A DNA stretch of 64,000 bases from Octopus bimaculoides (Eukaryota): contig NC_068981.1 of the NCBI RefSeq assembly GCF_001194135.2, positions 191,049,222 to 191,113,221 on the forward strand. The letters are read 5' to 3'. The notes under the pieces are model-generated. The model did no database searches, was not told the origin of the DNA, and saw nothing but the letters and a program-made list of their open reading frames with translations. The position numbers and the translations under genes are program-made. Positions 53,052 to 64,000 of the stretch are shown one piece after another. Within the stretch, counting starts at the first letter, position 1; the number at the start of each line of letters is the position of its first letter.

Positions 53052-53097
53052 AACACAACGGTTTGGCTGATATGCCCTCCAGCCTTCATCAGGTGTC
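53052..53097 (-). ncRNA. Minimal type I hammerhead ribozyme fold (G12 mutated)
   Basis: GACAC CTGATGA A GGCTG gagggcatat CAGCC AAACC GT T GTGTT. Confidence 0.65.
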
Positions 53098-53273
53098 TTG
53101 GGGAAATTTTGAACCTGGGTTCTCATTCCTAAGGTATTTTTCGATGTTGTTATGATTATTATTATTATTATTATTATTATAACCACTATGCCATGTGCTC
53201 ATGGGTATATGATGTAGTGGTTAAGAGCACAGGCTACTAACCCCAAGATTTCGAGTTCAATTCCAGGCAGTGA

Positions 53274-53314
<41 letters not shown>

Positions 53315-53361
53315 TCGAAAAATACCTTAAGGATGAGAACCCAGGTTCAAAATTTCCCCAA

Positions 53362-53407
53362 AACACCTGATGAAGGCTGGAGGGTATATCAGCCAAAACA
53401 TTGTGTT
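53362..53407 (+). ncRNA. Minimal type I hammerhead ribozyme fold (G12 mutated)
   Basis: AACAC CTGATGA A GGCTG gagggtatat CAGCC AAAAC AT T GTGTT; 5-bp stems I and II. Confidence 0.65.
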
Positions 53408-55149
53408 AACAACAAACAAGATGAGGACTAATATCTGTCAAATGTAAATAATGTAAATAATATAAGATAAGTGAAGTTGAACATTTATATGTTTTACCAT
53501 TATCATGATAAAGTAGATGTGAAATGAATATTAACAAAGTATTTATATTTAATTTTTATGTTTTATTATAATTATGAACAATGTGGATGCATTCTTCATA
53601 CATACAAATTTGTAATTTTTTATTTTTTTTTATTTTTTGGCAATTTAAATTCCAAGTCTGCAACCTGTCTGAAAGAATATGACAATTTTAAATCTGGAAT
53701 AATTAATGACGACCATTATACCTATAATTATAAGTATCAATATACCTATAGATAGGTAGTAGCTAGATAGTTATAAATACACACACAAACACACACACAC
53801 ACACGCACATGTATATATCTAAGCCTTTTATGTCAGCTAATTACCTACTTGTCACACAAAATGAAAGATGAAATTAATCCATTGTCACAAAACAGTATTG
53901 AACATGCAATCATTTGTTTTGGAAATATGTCATTTTATCAGCTTAATGTTATCGCAATTATTGATCACATGACAGCTCTAATTTTGCTGTCATTTGATCA
54001 AAACAACCAGAAAATTACAATATGAAATCTGTATAGTAATTAAAGCAGTTATGAGGTTTTATTATTATTACTATTATTATCATTATCATCATTTCCAATA
54101 ATTTGTCTAACATAGAAGATGCATTGTAAGTTGGTGTAGAAGTGGACACGAGTATAATTACATTTGTAATGTTCAATGGCTCACTCGACAGTATTATGTG
54201 ATGAAGAAAGGAAAATCCACATGATATGTAAATAAAAATCAAATTTAAGTGTAATCCTATATTGGCTTGTTGTGGTGATGTGGAAGAAATTAAACTCCTA
54301 TTTTAAATCATACTTAATGCACTTAAAGCTCTATTAAACACTTCTACAACTTTTACAAATGTTATCAAATTGGTTTGGTTTCTTTTTTATATATTTTGGT
54401 TGAAGAAGAAGCAGGAGGAGGAAGAGCTATATAGTAACTGCAGGCCATGCTAGATCTGTTGGTTGATAAAGGATTATGTGTATGTGTGTATTAATAACTG
54501 TCTACATGTATGTGTGTGTGTGTGTACAAGAGCGAGAGAGTGTGTCCAGGTACATATGTATATTTATGTATGCTGTATATGTGGATATGTTTATGTATAT
54601 GTGTATGAGTAACTATACGTATGCTTGAATGTCTATACATGTGTGAAAGTGTGTCCAGGTATATGTATATGTGAGTCCATGTCTAAGTATGTATGCTGTG
54701 TCTTTGTGTATGTATTTGTGTCTGTGTATTTGTATGCGAGTGAAAAATCTATCCTGGCTTAAGTTTGTTGTTTACATCATTCAATGCAAATATTAGTATT
54801 GTTTAGTGAAAACCATTTGGCTGAGGCCTTCCAAAATGGTTTCTGGAATTATTAATTACTACAAAACCACTTGAGTTCAGTTTATTCGTTAAATAATAGT
54901 TATTAATTAATCCATTAATACATATTTTACATTACATTAATTTAAAATAAGCTGACCTGAGGCGAGACAACAGTAATTAACAACAGTCTAGGTTTAATTA
55001 ATTTCGTTATCATTTTCATTCCTAATTTTCCATCTCAATTCCAAAGAGAATTTCTTATAAAATTGTGGCTCTGGAACATTATGCAAAAGGGGAATAGTTA
55101 TATGTATATGTATTGTGTGCAAGTTTAGGGTGGTATGTAGCTAGAATTG

Positions 55150-55500
55150 CTAGAAGGTTGTAAAAAAATAATTTGCAGTAATTTTTCTGGCTCTTTGTGC
55201 TCTGAGTTCAAATCCCACTGGGGTCAACTTTGCCCGTAATTCCTCCAGGGTCAATAGAAAACATAGCCCCAGTTAAATATTGCTTTCATCCTTTCAGGGT
55301 TAATAAGTACCAGTTGAGCACTGGAATTGGTGTAATTGACCTGCCTCCTCCTCTGAAATTGTTTGCCTTGTGCTAAAATTTAAAAGCAATATTTAACTGG
55401 GGCTAAGGTTGACTTTAGCAGGATTTGAACTCAGGACAGACGAAATGACACTAAGCATTTTTCCCCACCATGCTAACAATTCTGCCAGCTCACCTCCATG
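55150..55500. mobile_element. Rearranged SINE A copies with a 23-bp inverted duplication
   Basis: TAGCCCCAGTTAAATATTGCTTT (55264-55286) and its exact reverse complement (55383-55405) flank a SINE A 3' half; the 5' half follows on the - strand. Confidence 0.75.
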
Positions 55501-55699
55501 CGCCAATTAAATATTGCAGTCAATTTAATTGAATGTTCCTCTGCCAAAATTCTATCCTATGTTAGAAACTATTTTCTAGCACAATTTTAAAGGTTTTAGT
55601 GTTGGGAATACCCTATGTCTATCTGATATTGCTTCTTGAATTATTTGTGGGATTTGCAATAAAAGTTGTGGTCCACTTAGTTGTATGGTTTAAGAAAGA

Positions 55700-56050
55700 G
55701 AAATATGAGCCAGGAAACACTTGACCAGTTTTGGAATATCTTCTTCATTGGTAGAAGTGGGTTCGCGTCAAAGAGAAATGACTTGCTTGACTGCTATCCT
55801 GGTAATACAGTCTGTAGATGGAGTAGTACCACAATGAACATCACATATCAATGTCCAAGTTCTTCTGTACCACAAAGAACCTCACAGCAAAGACTCCTCC
55901 CCCATGCAGTCCAGGAGACAACCATTTATATCCTCCCAGTTCCTCCCATGCACTGTTAATAATATATGGCAAGGGAGATAACTCCCTATCTATAAACCCA
56001 TAGTGAATCTCAGAATATCACAAGTTTGTCTTACATACGTCTTTCATCCA
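55700..56050 (-). mobile_element. Heavily decayed LINE AP-endonuclease fragment
   Basis: GGVFAVRFFVVQKNL and RIAVKQV...EPTSTNEEDI resemble GVGFLV and I.QVYAPT...EE motifs across frameshifts. Confidence 0.4.
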
Positions 56051-57181
56051 GCTTTTGGAAACTTAATGGTGCAAGGGAATTAACATGATTTGCAAGGATA
56101 TCATGAAAGATAAATTTTGCAGAGGTTCAGTTTGAATCTTACGCAACCAACCCAGCAGTACTTAGAAACTAAACATTTAGACCAATAGAATTCAACTGGT
56201 CTCTCTTTGTTTCCATGAAATTGATTCATAAAAAGAGGACTAGCAGTGCCCTTGGACCATCTCAGGACATTCAAGACTAACGAGAAGTAAAGATGTTACT
56301 CTCAGACTAGAAATTTGTTACAAATGATTGTAACAAAGTGGAATCTGCTAAAATCACTTAAGGACCTGGTGATGCAGTTTTTAATTGGGCAACCACTTCA
56401 GAACAGATATGGTCCTGTCAGATAGATTCCACACAGTTTCTATTAGATAGATTTAACAAATGCTTTAGTTAATTCTGGGCTACAGTAGAAGACACTTACC
56501 AAAGATATCACAGTTGGATCGAACTTAAAACTACTTGCTTGTGATACTAACTTCTTAAGTACATAGCCACAAAGGTTGACAATAAAACTGAGACATATGG
56601 TTCAATCAGAAAATCTTTGTGGATCAACCCAATGCTATAGTAGAAAACACTTGCCCAAAGTACTGTGCTGTTGAACAGAACCCAGAACCATGCAGCTGCA
56701 AAGTGAGCTTCTTAACCACACAGCCATGCCTGCACTTTTGAAAACTATTTCTAATATTTTCCAATGGTATTTAGCGAACAGTATTATTTCCCAAACTCAA
56801 CTGTGTTTTGAAGTCAACATGAAATCTTGTTAAGTGTATGTTGTTAAACTCTTTCTTTTAGATCAAATATTTCTTTCACTATTTGCAATTCTGTTTTGCT
56901 TATACTTCATAGTCGTTTAACAAAATCCATCCTGCTACTTCAGCGAAAGCTTATATGTTAATTAACATTATCTATATTCATTATTCACATATATTTGTTA
57001 TAAACAATTTTGTTTTTGCATTTTGCTATGCAGGTTTTATTAAATTAGCTATGCATAATTTTCATTTTGTTATTGAATCAATATAAAAGTTCTCGTTTGT
57101 GGTGAAGTTGCAGTGTTTTTACAGTTCTTGTTGCAAAATGTCTTGAAGCATTTCATTTTTTTTCTAATAGCTAAGACTATG

Positions 57182-57565
57182 GTTGCAAATACAAGCAGCT
57201 GAAATGGGATTCCTCTGAAAAGGGTCTCTGGAGCAATGCTATTTGACAGGTTATGTAGCTCAGAGATCAGGGAGCCTTTCCAAGTTGTGCTGCTGTTTTC
57301 TGCATTAAGAGATCACAGCTCCAGCATTACGGAAAAGTGATTAGAATGTCACAGGAAAGAATCACAAGACAGATTTGTCAAGCTGAGCCAACCAGCAGGA
57401 GATCTAAGGGTAAACCAAGGAGGAGTTGGTGGAATAATATCCATAGTATTAGTTGGTCGTGCTTGGGAATCCAGCTGGAAAATGTAATGACAATTGCTTC
57501 TGATAGGACCCTATGGAGGAGGTGCCTGACAACTCTACTGCCATGGCCTTCCCAGAAATAGTTGG
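57182..57565 (+). mobile_element. RTE-clade (Rex3/Expander-like) LINE 3' fragment
   Basis: IQAAEMGFL..VSG...DRL.SSEIRE; IKRSQLQHYGKVIRMSQER...RRSKGKPRRSWWNNI...SWSCLGI...DRTLWRRCLTTLLPWP. Confidence 0.85.
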
Positions 57566-57609
57566 TGAGAAAGTTGGAGGAGATTTTATAAATGATGCTG
57601 TTTTTGTTT

Positions 57610-58190
57610 TTCATCCCATTGCATTGGGCAAGTGTCTTCTACTATAGCTTTGGGCTGAGCAAAGCCTGGTGAGTGGGTTAGGTAGACAGAAATGGAATGG
57701 CAGCAGGCTGGCAGAAACGTTAGCACGCCGAGCGAAATGCTTAGTGGTATTTCGTCTGCCACTACATTCTGAGTTCAAATTCCATCGAGGTTGACTTTGC
57801 CTTTCATCCTTTCGGGGTCAATAAATTAAGTACCAGTTACGCACTGGGGTCGATGTAATCAACTTAATCCCTTTGTCTGTCTTTGTTTGTCCCCTCTATG
57901 CTTAGCCCCTTGTGGGCAATAAAAAAAATAAGAAACTGAATGAACCCCATGATGTGTGTGTGTGTGTTAGTATCTGAGTTTGCCCCCACCACTTGACAAC
58001 CAGCGTTGGCAAGTTTACATCACCATAACTCAACAGTTCAGCAAAAGAAACTAATAAAATAAGTACTAAACTTAAAAAGAAAAAAATAAATCCTAGGATT
58101 GACTCATTTCACTAAAAATTCTTCAAGGCAGTGCTCCAGAATGGCCGCAGTCTAATGACTGAAACAAGTAAAATATAAAAGATACTAAAT
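57610..58190 (+). mobile_element. SINE B with a nested SINE A (about 57710-57930)
   Basis: B 5' half, complete A-type copy, then B 3' half. Confidence 0.8.
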
Positions 58191-58999
58191 GATATTCCAT
58201 CAAATATCAACAATGAAATATCACATTTCATTTCAACCAAATTATGAGTTCAAATTAAAAAGGACCTCAGATCTTCCTCAATTTGGTAATATTCTTTCGC
58301 TCTACAATTGCCCCAATCATATTTGAATCTCTCTCTCTTCACTTCATTTCAATACTTGATGATTTCATTCCTAACAACTTCTGCTTTATTGGTTTATTCA
58401 TGCACACAGATACTTTGTTATTGATTACTAACTCCTTGACTCATATTATGTCCTCTCCTCGCTCTCCTAGTTGGTTGATTACATTCATCCATTGAATGAA
58501 CCCAGATTATACAATTCTAAACGCCTGCAAGAATTTTCCTCTTTTTTCCTAATAGACTTTGTTTTTATTACAACATATTTTTTACAGGAAGAAAAGAAAG
58601 AAAAACTGCATTAAATGTATAAAAGATCAAATTATTGAGAAAAAAAAGCATAACTACCTCACCAACGAAACAAAGAAAATGCGGGGGTTAAACAGCAGAA
58701 GATGGTGGTGGGGAGTAACAGGTTGTACACCCCAGAACAAATGGTGTGTTTAGCTGCACCTCCTGGACATGATTGCAAAGGTGTTACCATGGAGAACAGC
58801 CAGCAACACTCCCAACCACCCCACCTTGTAGGAGTCATTCCTAAGATGGGCCACAACTGTCCCAATTTTGTGGAGGAGCATATTTTAATTCATAGCTTAA
58901 AACTTGTTTAAATCATTGTATAAACATTATCGATAACAATTAGGATTTTTATTGAGGTATTAGCTGTTGTATATTGTAGCTTCACAGGGTTGTATGTAA

Positions 59000-59970
59000 T
59001 AGAGTTTACAAGGATGTATGTTTTTATGGCACTTGTGCTTAAGAAACTTGCTTTGCAACCATGTGGTTCTGGATTCAGTACAAAGTGAGGTTCTTAACCA
59101 CACAGCCATGCCTACACTTATAAAAACTATTTCTAATATTTTCCAATGGTATTTAGCAAACAATATTATTTCCCAAACTCAACTATGTTTTGAAGTCAAC
59201 ATGAAATCTTGTTAAGTCTGTGTTGTTAAAGTGGGCAAGTATCTTTTACTATAACCTCAAGTTGACCAATACCCTGTAAGTAAATTTAGTAGGTGGAAAC
59301 TGTGTAGAATCCTGTCATATATGCATGTTTATAAAGATGTATGTTTTATGGCACTATGGTTAAGAAGCTTGCCTTACAACCATGTGGTTCTGGATTCAGT
59401 GCCACTATGTGGTACCTTAGGCAAGTGTCTTTTACTATAACCTCAGGTTAACCAATACCTTGTGTGTAAATTTGGTGGGTGGAAACTGGTTAGAAGCCTG
59501 TCATATATGCATGTGTGTCTGTATGTCTCATCATCTACTGCTTGATTGTTTGTGTCCCTATAACTTAACATTTCAGCAAAAGAGGCCAATAAAATAAGGA
59601 CCAGACTTGAAAATAAGTCCTGGGGTTGATTTGTTTGTCTGTAGCCCAGTGGTTCTCAACCATTTTTTACCTATGGAACCCCCACTTTGGTTCCTGTTTT
59701 ACTCTGCTGGACCCCCAAAAACATTTGAAGTTTTTAAAAATCACATTATATTTTTATAATTAAATATTATGAGGAATTGTATAAAAAAAAATTGTTAAAA
59801 TATTTTGTTTATTGTAGAAGTATAACCAATTTATTGTACATAAATTTTAACAACTAAGTCTTATATGGACCTCTAAGGGTTATGTATACCAAAGTTTGCG
59901 AACCACTGAACTGAACACTTCAAGGCAGTCTAGTAGCAGCTGCAGGCCAATGATTGAAACAAGCAAGAGA
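59000..59970 (+). mobile_element. Tandemly duplicated SINE B 5' half with templated insert and nested hAT MITE
   Basis: Units about 59000-59335 and 59335-59520 share private variants; 3' end resumes after 59908. Confidence 0.75.
59647..59908. mobile_element. hAT (Charlie-like) MITE
   Basis: TIRs CAGTGGTTCTCAA / TTGCGAACCACTG; TSD not clearly preserved. Confidence 0.75.
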
Positions 59971-60919
59971 AAATATATTACAAGTTATCTTTAGGAGAAA
60001 CTAAAGAAGACATTCTCTGCAGAAAATAATGGCCTTGCATCATAACAGGAAGAAATTATTGAAGAGGAGAGAACAGATATTTTTGGATCCATTCTTGACT
60101 GTATGACATAACATTTTGAAGGATATGCTTGCACAATCTAGAAATATGACATATCTACTAAATAGGGGAAGTTTTTTTTTTCTTTTTTCTTTTTTTTTAA
60201 GGAGAATAACCTAAGAGCATCATCTAGATCTCCAGGATGTGATGAGGAAATATTGAAGATGTAATTCATCTAATCAGTTATTGCTTCAAATGTCGTCAAG
60301 CTTATATATTTTCATTGAAACATGTTACTTACGAAGGAGGAGAAAATACGCGAGGATTCCCAAAGGAAATCATCAAAGACACTTTATGGAATATATAGAA
60401 CTCCTTCATAATATTTTAATAAGAAATATTGCTGCTACATTTTCAATTATAGCTACAATCAAAGCCTGCCTGAAGAGATCTGATGAAGTTCTCAAATATA
60501 ATACATAACAAAAATAGGCAGTGTTGAGAAAACTGCAGTACATTAATATTCTTTGAAAATCCACAAAGAGGAAAACCTTTATAGGTGTGAACAGTTGCAA
60601 CAGAACTTGTGTATATAGATTATGAGCTCAGTTTCATATACACACACCTGTGTGTGTTTAATAAATGTATAACTCAAAGCACTTGCTTTATTTTGTTCAT
60701 CCAGATTTCAGATTTTCACAGAATAAATATATTGGATATTAAATGCAATATAGATTTGTAAACTAACAGAAAGCTACTTAGGATGGCAGGAAACTTTGGT
60801 ACAAACGTAAGATATAATAATGAAAGCAGAAAAAAAAAGTGTTTGAGCGTTTATCTTCCAGAACTTCAGAACGATAAATCGATGTGTTGTAAAGCTGGTA
60901 CAAACTAGAAGACACGGTG

Positions 60920-61042
<123 letters not shown>

Positions 61043-61256
61043 AAGATGAGATGTTAAGTAACACAAACTTTTCATCAGCCATTAGTAGAATTAATGTAGA
61101 AAATGTACATAAGGAAAGAAAATGGAATCTCAGTGAGAAGAAGGCTTTGAAAGAGGAAGAAGAATTCTGTAATCCATGAACTACCAATAGCTTTACATTT
61201 CAAACTTAGTAGATGTAGATTGTTGGAGGAAATATTTGCATTCAATGAAAAAGTAG

Positions 61257-61302
<46 letters not shown>

Positions 61303-62560
61303 TAAGGTGGTAACCTGTCAGAATCATTAACATCCTGGGCAAAATGCTTAGTGGTATTTCATCCATCTTTACGTTCTGAGTTCAAATTCCACCAAGACCA
61401 ATTTTACCTGCCATCCTTTTGTGGGTTGATGAAATAAGTACCAGTTACGCACTGGGTCAATGTAATTGACTTCTCCCCTCCCCCAAAATTCCAGGCCTTG
61501 TGCCTATAGTATAAAGGATTATTATTATTATTATTGTTATCATTATTATTACTTAAGGTGGTGAACTGGCAGAAGCATTAGCACGCCAGGCAAAATGCTT
61601 TGCAGCATTTGGTCCAACTTTACATTCAGAGTTCAAATTCTGCCATGGTCTACTTTGCTTTCATCCTTTCAGGGTCGATATAATAAGTACCTGCTGAAAA
61701 CTGGGGTTCAATTAATCTATTCAATCCCTCCTCAAAATTGCTGGCCTTATATCAAATTATGAAATCATTATTATTATTATTATTATTATTAAGATGGTGA
61801 ACAAAGGCAGCAAACTGGCAGAATTGTTAGGATGCTGGGCGAAATGCTTAGTGGTATTTCATCTGTCTTTACGTTCTGAGTTCAAATTCCGTCAAGGTCA
61901 ACTTTACCTTTCATCCTTTCAGGGTCAATGAAATAAGTACCAGTTACATACTGGGGTTGATGTAATCGACTGGCCCCCTTCTCCCATGTGCCTAGAGTAG
62001 AAATAATTATTAAGGTGGTGAGCTAAAAGAATCCTCAGCGTGCTGGACAAAATACTTGGCTGCATTTCATCCATCATTATGTTCTGAATTTACCTTATTT
62101 ACATTATTTACATTTGACGGATATTTGTTTGTTGTTAATACATTTTGGCTGATATACCCTCCAGCCTTCATCAGGTGTCTTGAGGAAATTTTGAACCTGG
62201 GTTCTCGTTCCTAAGGTATTTTTCGATGTTATTATTATTATTATTATTATTACTAAGGTCACTGCCTGTAATCAAACACAGAATCTTGGGGTTAGTAGCC
62301 CGCGCTCTTAACCACTACGCCATATGCCCATGGGCATATGGCGTCAAATGTAAATAATATAAATAAGGTAAATATGTACATAATTCCTCATCTCTTAAAT
62401 ATAGAACTGTATTATGTTCTGAGTTCAAGCCCCACCAAGGTCAACTTTGCTTTCCATCCTTTTGGTTTTGATAAAATAAGTACCAGTTGTACACTGGGAG
62501 TCAATGTAATTGAATAATCCCCTCCCAAATTGCTAGCCTTGTTCAAAAGTTTGAAATCAA
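61303..62560 (+). mobile_element. Head-to-tail array of four SINE A copies linked by (ATT)n; last one split by P1
   Basis: Copies at about 61303-61515, 61555-61770, 61795-62005 and 62010-62560. Confidence 0.9.
62088..62411. mobile_element. P1 copy: near-full minus arm with tRNA head and hammerhead, plus internally deleted plus arm
   Basis: Perfect 26-bp palindrome CGCCATATGCCCATGGGCATATGGCG (62318-62343); A box TGGCGTAGTGG on the - strand; TSD TTATGTTCTGA at 62077-62087 and 62412-62422. Confidence 0.9.
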
Positions 62561-63289
62561 TATTTCTTCCTGTACTTTATGCTCTGATTTTAAATCCCTC
62601 CAAGGTTAACTTAGCCCTCTGAGATTAATGAAATAGCATCAAATACTGAGGCCAATAGTATCAACTGACCAACAACCCTTGAAGTTGTGTTTAACTCAAT
62701 TGTGTTGTGTTCCTGGTCTGAGATCTCAACTGGATTCCTGGTAAAGTGGTAATGAACAACACTTGTAGAAAGAGAAGATAAAATGCTAAAAATAGACCAC
62801 CGATCATGTTACAGCTTTGTAGTCAAGTGTAATTATGGCTCATTGCTAATGGTGTCCCCCATCAAAGCTGTTGTTTCTCTTTTGTTGTTAATTGTAAAAA
62901 AAAAAATTTATGATAAAACAAGCATATAATGAACCCAGCACTTTATCTTGTAAATGAGCAAGGCTTAGACTCTTTGCAGTTAAGGAAATTATTGATATGT
63001 ATTCTTCAGACAAAGATCTTACACTTACTCAGGCAATGTGAGTGATTTGGACAATCAAACTGGTGAAAGTGATTAGGAAAGAAGCGATGTGAGTGAACAA
63101 ATATGGTAGCTGAGAGAAAGGCCTATTATTGTTATTCTCCTCAATTTCTTTTGTGATCTTCTCCATGGTTTTACCTGCAGTCATTACTCTTGAGCTGTGT
63201 ATGCAACTATTTATTTTTTTCACTTAGAATCCCAGGAGGAGGGTAAAGTTAGACACAGGGGCCTGGATCTGAGAGTGTACAACTAGAAA

Positions 63290-63706
63290 TGATGGTGCAT
63301 CAGGCAAAATGTTTAACATCATTTCTTCTGACTCTACATTCTGAGTTCAAATTCCACTGAGGTCAACATTTGACTGGCATCCTTTTGGGGTCAATAAAAT
63401 AAAGTACCTGTCTTGTACTGGTATTGATGGTATTGACTTATCCCTCATTCTCTAAAATTACTAAACTTGTGCCAAAATGTACCGACCACAAGGCGGCGAG
63501 CTGGCAGAAACGTTAGCACGCTGGGCAAAATGCTTAGCAGTATTTCGTCAGTCATTACATTCTGAGTTCAAATTCCGCTGAGGTCGACTTTGCCTTTCAT
63601 CCTTTCGGGGTTGATAAATTAAGTACCAGTTGCATACTGGGGTCGATGTAATCGACTGGCCTCATCTCCAAAAATTTCAGGCCTTGTGCCTAGAGTAGAA
63701 AAGAAT
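63290..63706 (+). mobile_element. Two tandem SINE A copies (second young, CpG-rich)
   Basis: Second copy starts GGCGGCGAGCTGG at 63492; partial TSD ATGTAC..(G/A)CCACA. Confidence 0.9.
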
Positions 63707-63768
63707 ATGTACTGGCCACATTGCTTCATAACCATGCAGTTCTTTGGACAAGTGTCTTCTACTATAAC

Positions 63769-64000
63769 ATCATCATCATCATCATCATCATCGTTTAACG
63801 TCCGCTTTCCATGCTAGCATGGGTTGGACGATTTGACTGAGGACTGGTGAAACCGGATGGCAACACCAGGCTCCAGTCTGATTTGGCAGAGTTTCTACAG
63901 CTGGATGCCCTTCCTAACGCCAACCACTCAGAGAGTGTAGTGGGTGCTTTTACGTGTCACCCGCACGAAAACGGCCACGCTCGAAATGGTGTCTTTTATG
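63769..64000 (-). mobile_element. Young family C (RTE 3' UTR) copy, runs off the window
   Basis: Reverse complement matches 34342-34533 with no mismatch seen by eye. Confidence 0.9.

Larger units (their letters stand above)
52968..53463. mobile_element. P1: palindromic tRNA-head/hammerhead element, two arms back-to-back
   Basis: Minus arm 52968-53201 (tRNA part deleted) and plus arm 53202-53463; flanked by AAGATAAGT(A/G)AA at 52956-52967 and 53464-53475. Confidence 0.85.

Noticed and set aside
53203-53275. Genuine tRNA gene (also 20818-20880, 62256-62330 and SINE A/B heads)
   Set aside because: No complete acceptor stem; each is fused to a multi-copy element body.
52968-53463. P1 read as a Tc1/mariner MITE (TA-CAG...CTG-TA ends)
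   Set aside because: Only one end is intact in each of three copies and the duplications are 11-12 bp, not TA; not fully excluded.
59985-60610. Fragmentary reading frames (EKLKKTF...EEIIEEERTD; IHKEENLYRCE)
   Set aside because: Interrupted by stops, no recognisable complete domain or C2H2 finger.

Overview
AT-rich, repeat-dense eukaryotic DNA with small N-gaps. There is no long ORF, bacterial-type gene, rRNA, true tRNA gene or CRISPR array. The repeat content (tRNA-derived SINEs including a CORE-type family, RTE LINE 3' ends with (GAT)n tails, abundant CA/AT/ATT microsatellites) suggests an octopus genome; this is inference from recalled repeat families, not a search result. The window looks like intronic sequence of a large gene. 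Several short + strand exon candidates (12-48 nt) have good splice signals and chain in frame, but I could not name the gene and chance matches are likely. Most ORFs in the supplied track are microsatellite or repeat artefacts. The most unusual signal is a small non-autonomous element (copies at 2.7, 53.0 and 62.1 kb). Each arm joins a tRNA-like Pol III head, an (AAT)n spacer and a minimal type I hammerhead-ribozyme fold. Two arms sit back-to-back around a fixed palindromic junction, and copies carry 11-12 bp target duplications. Two further hammerhead-bearing families and two other asymmetric fold-backs point to a guild of Penelope-like-mobilised non-coding elements. Repeat boundaries are approximate and were read by eye.
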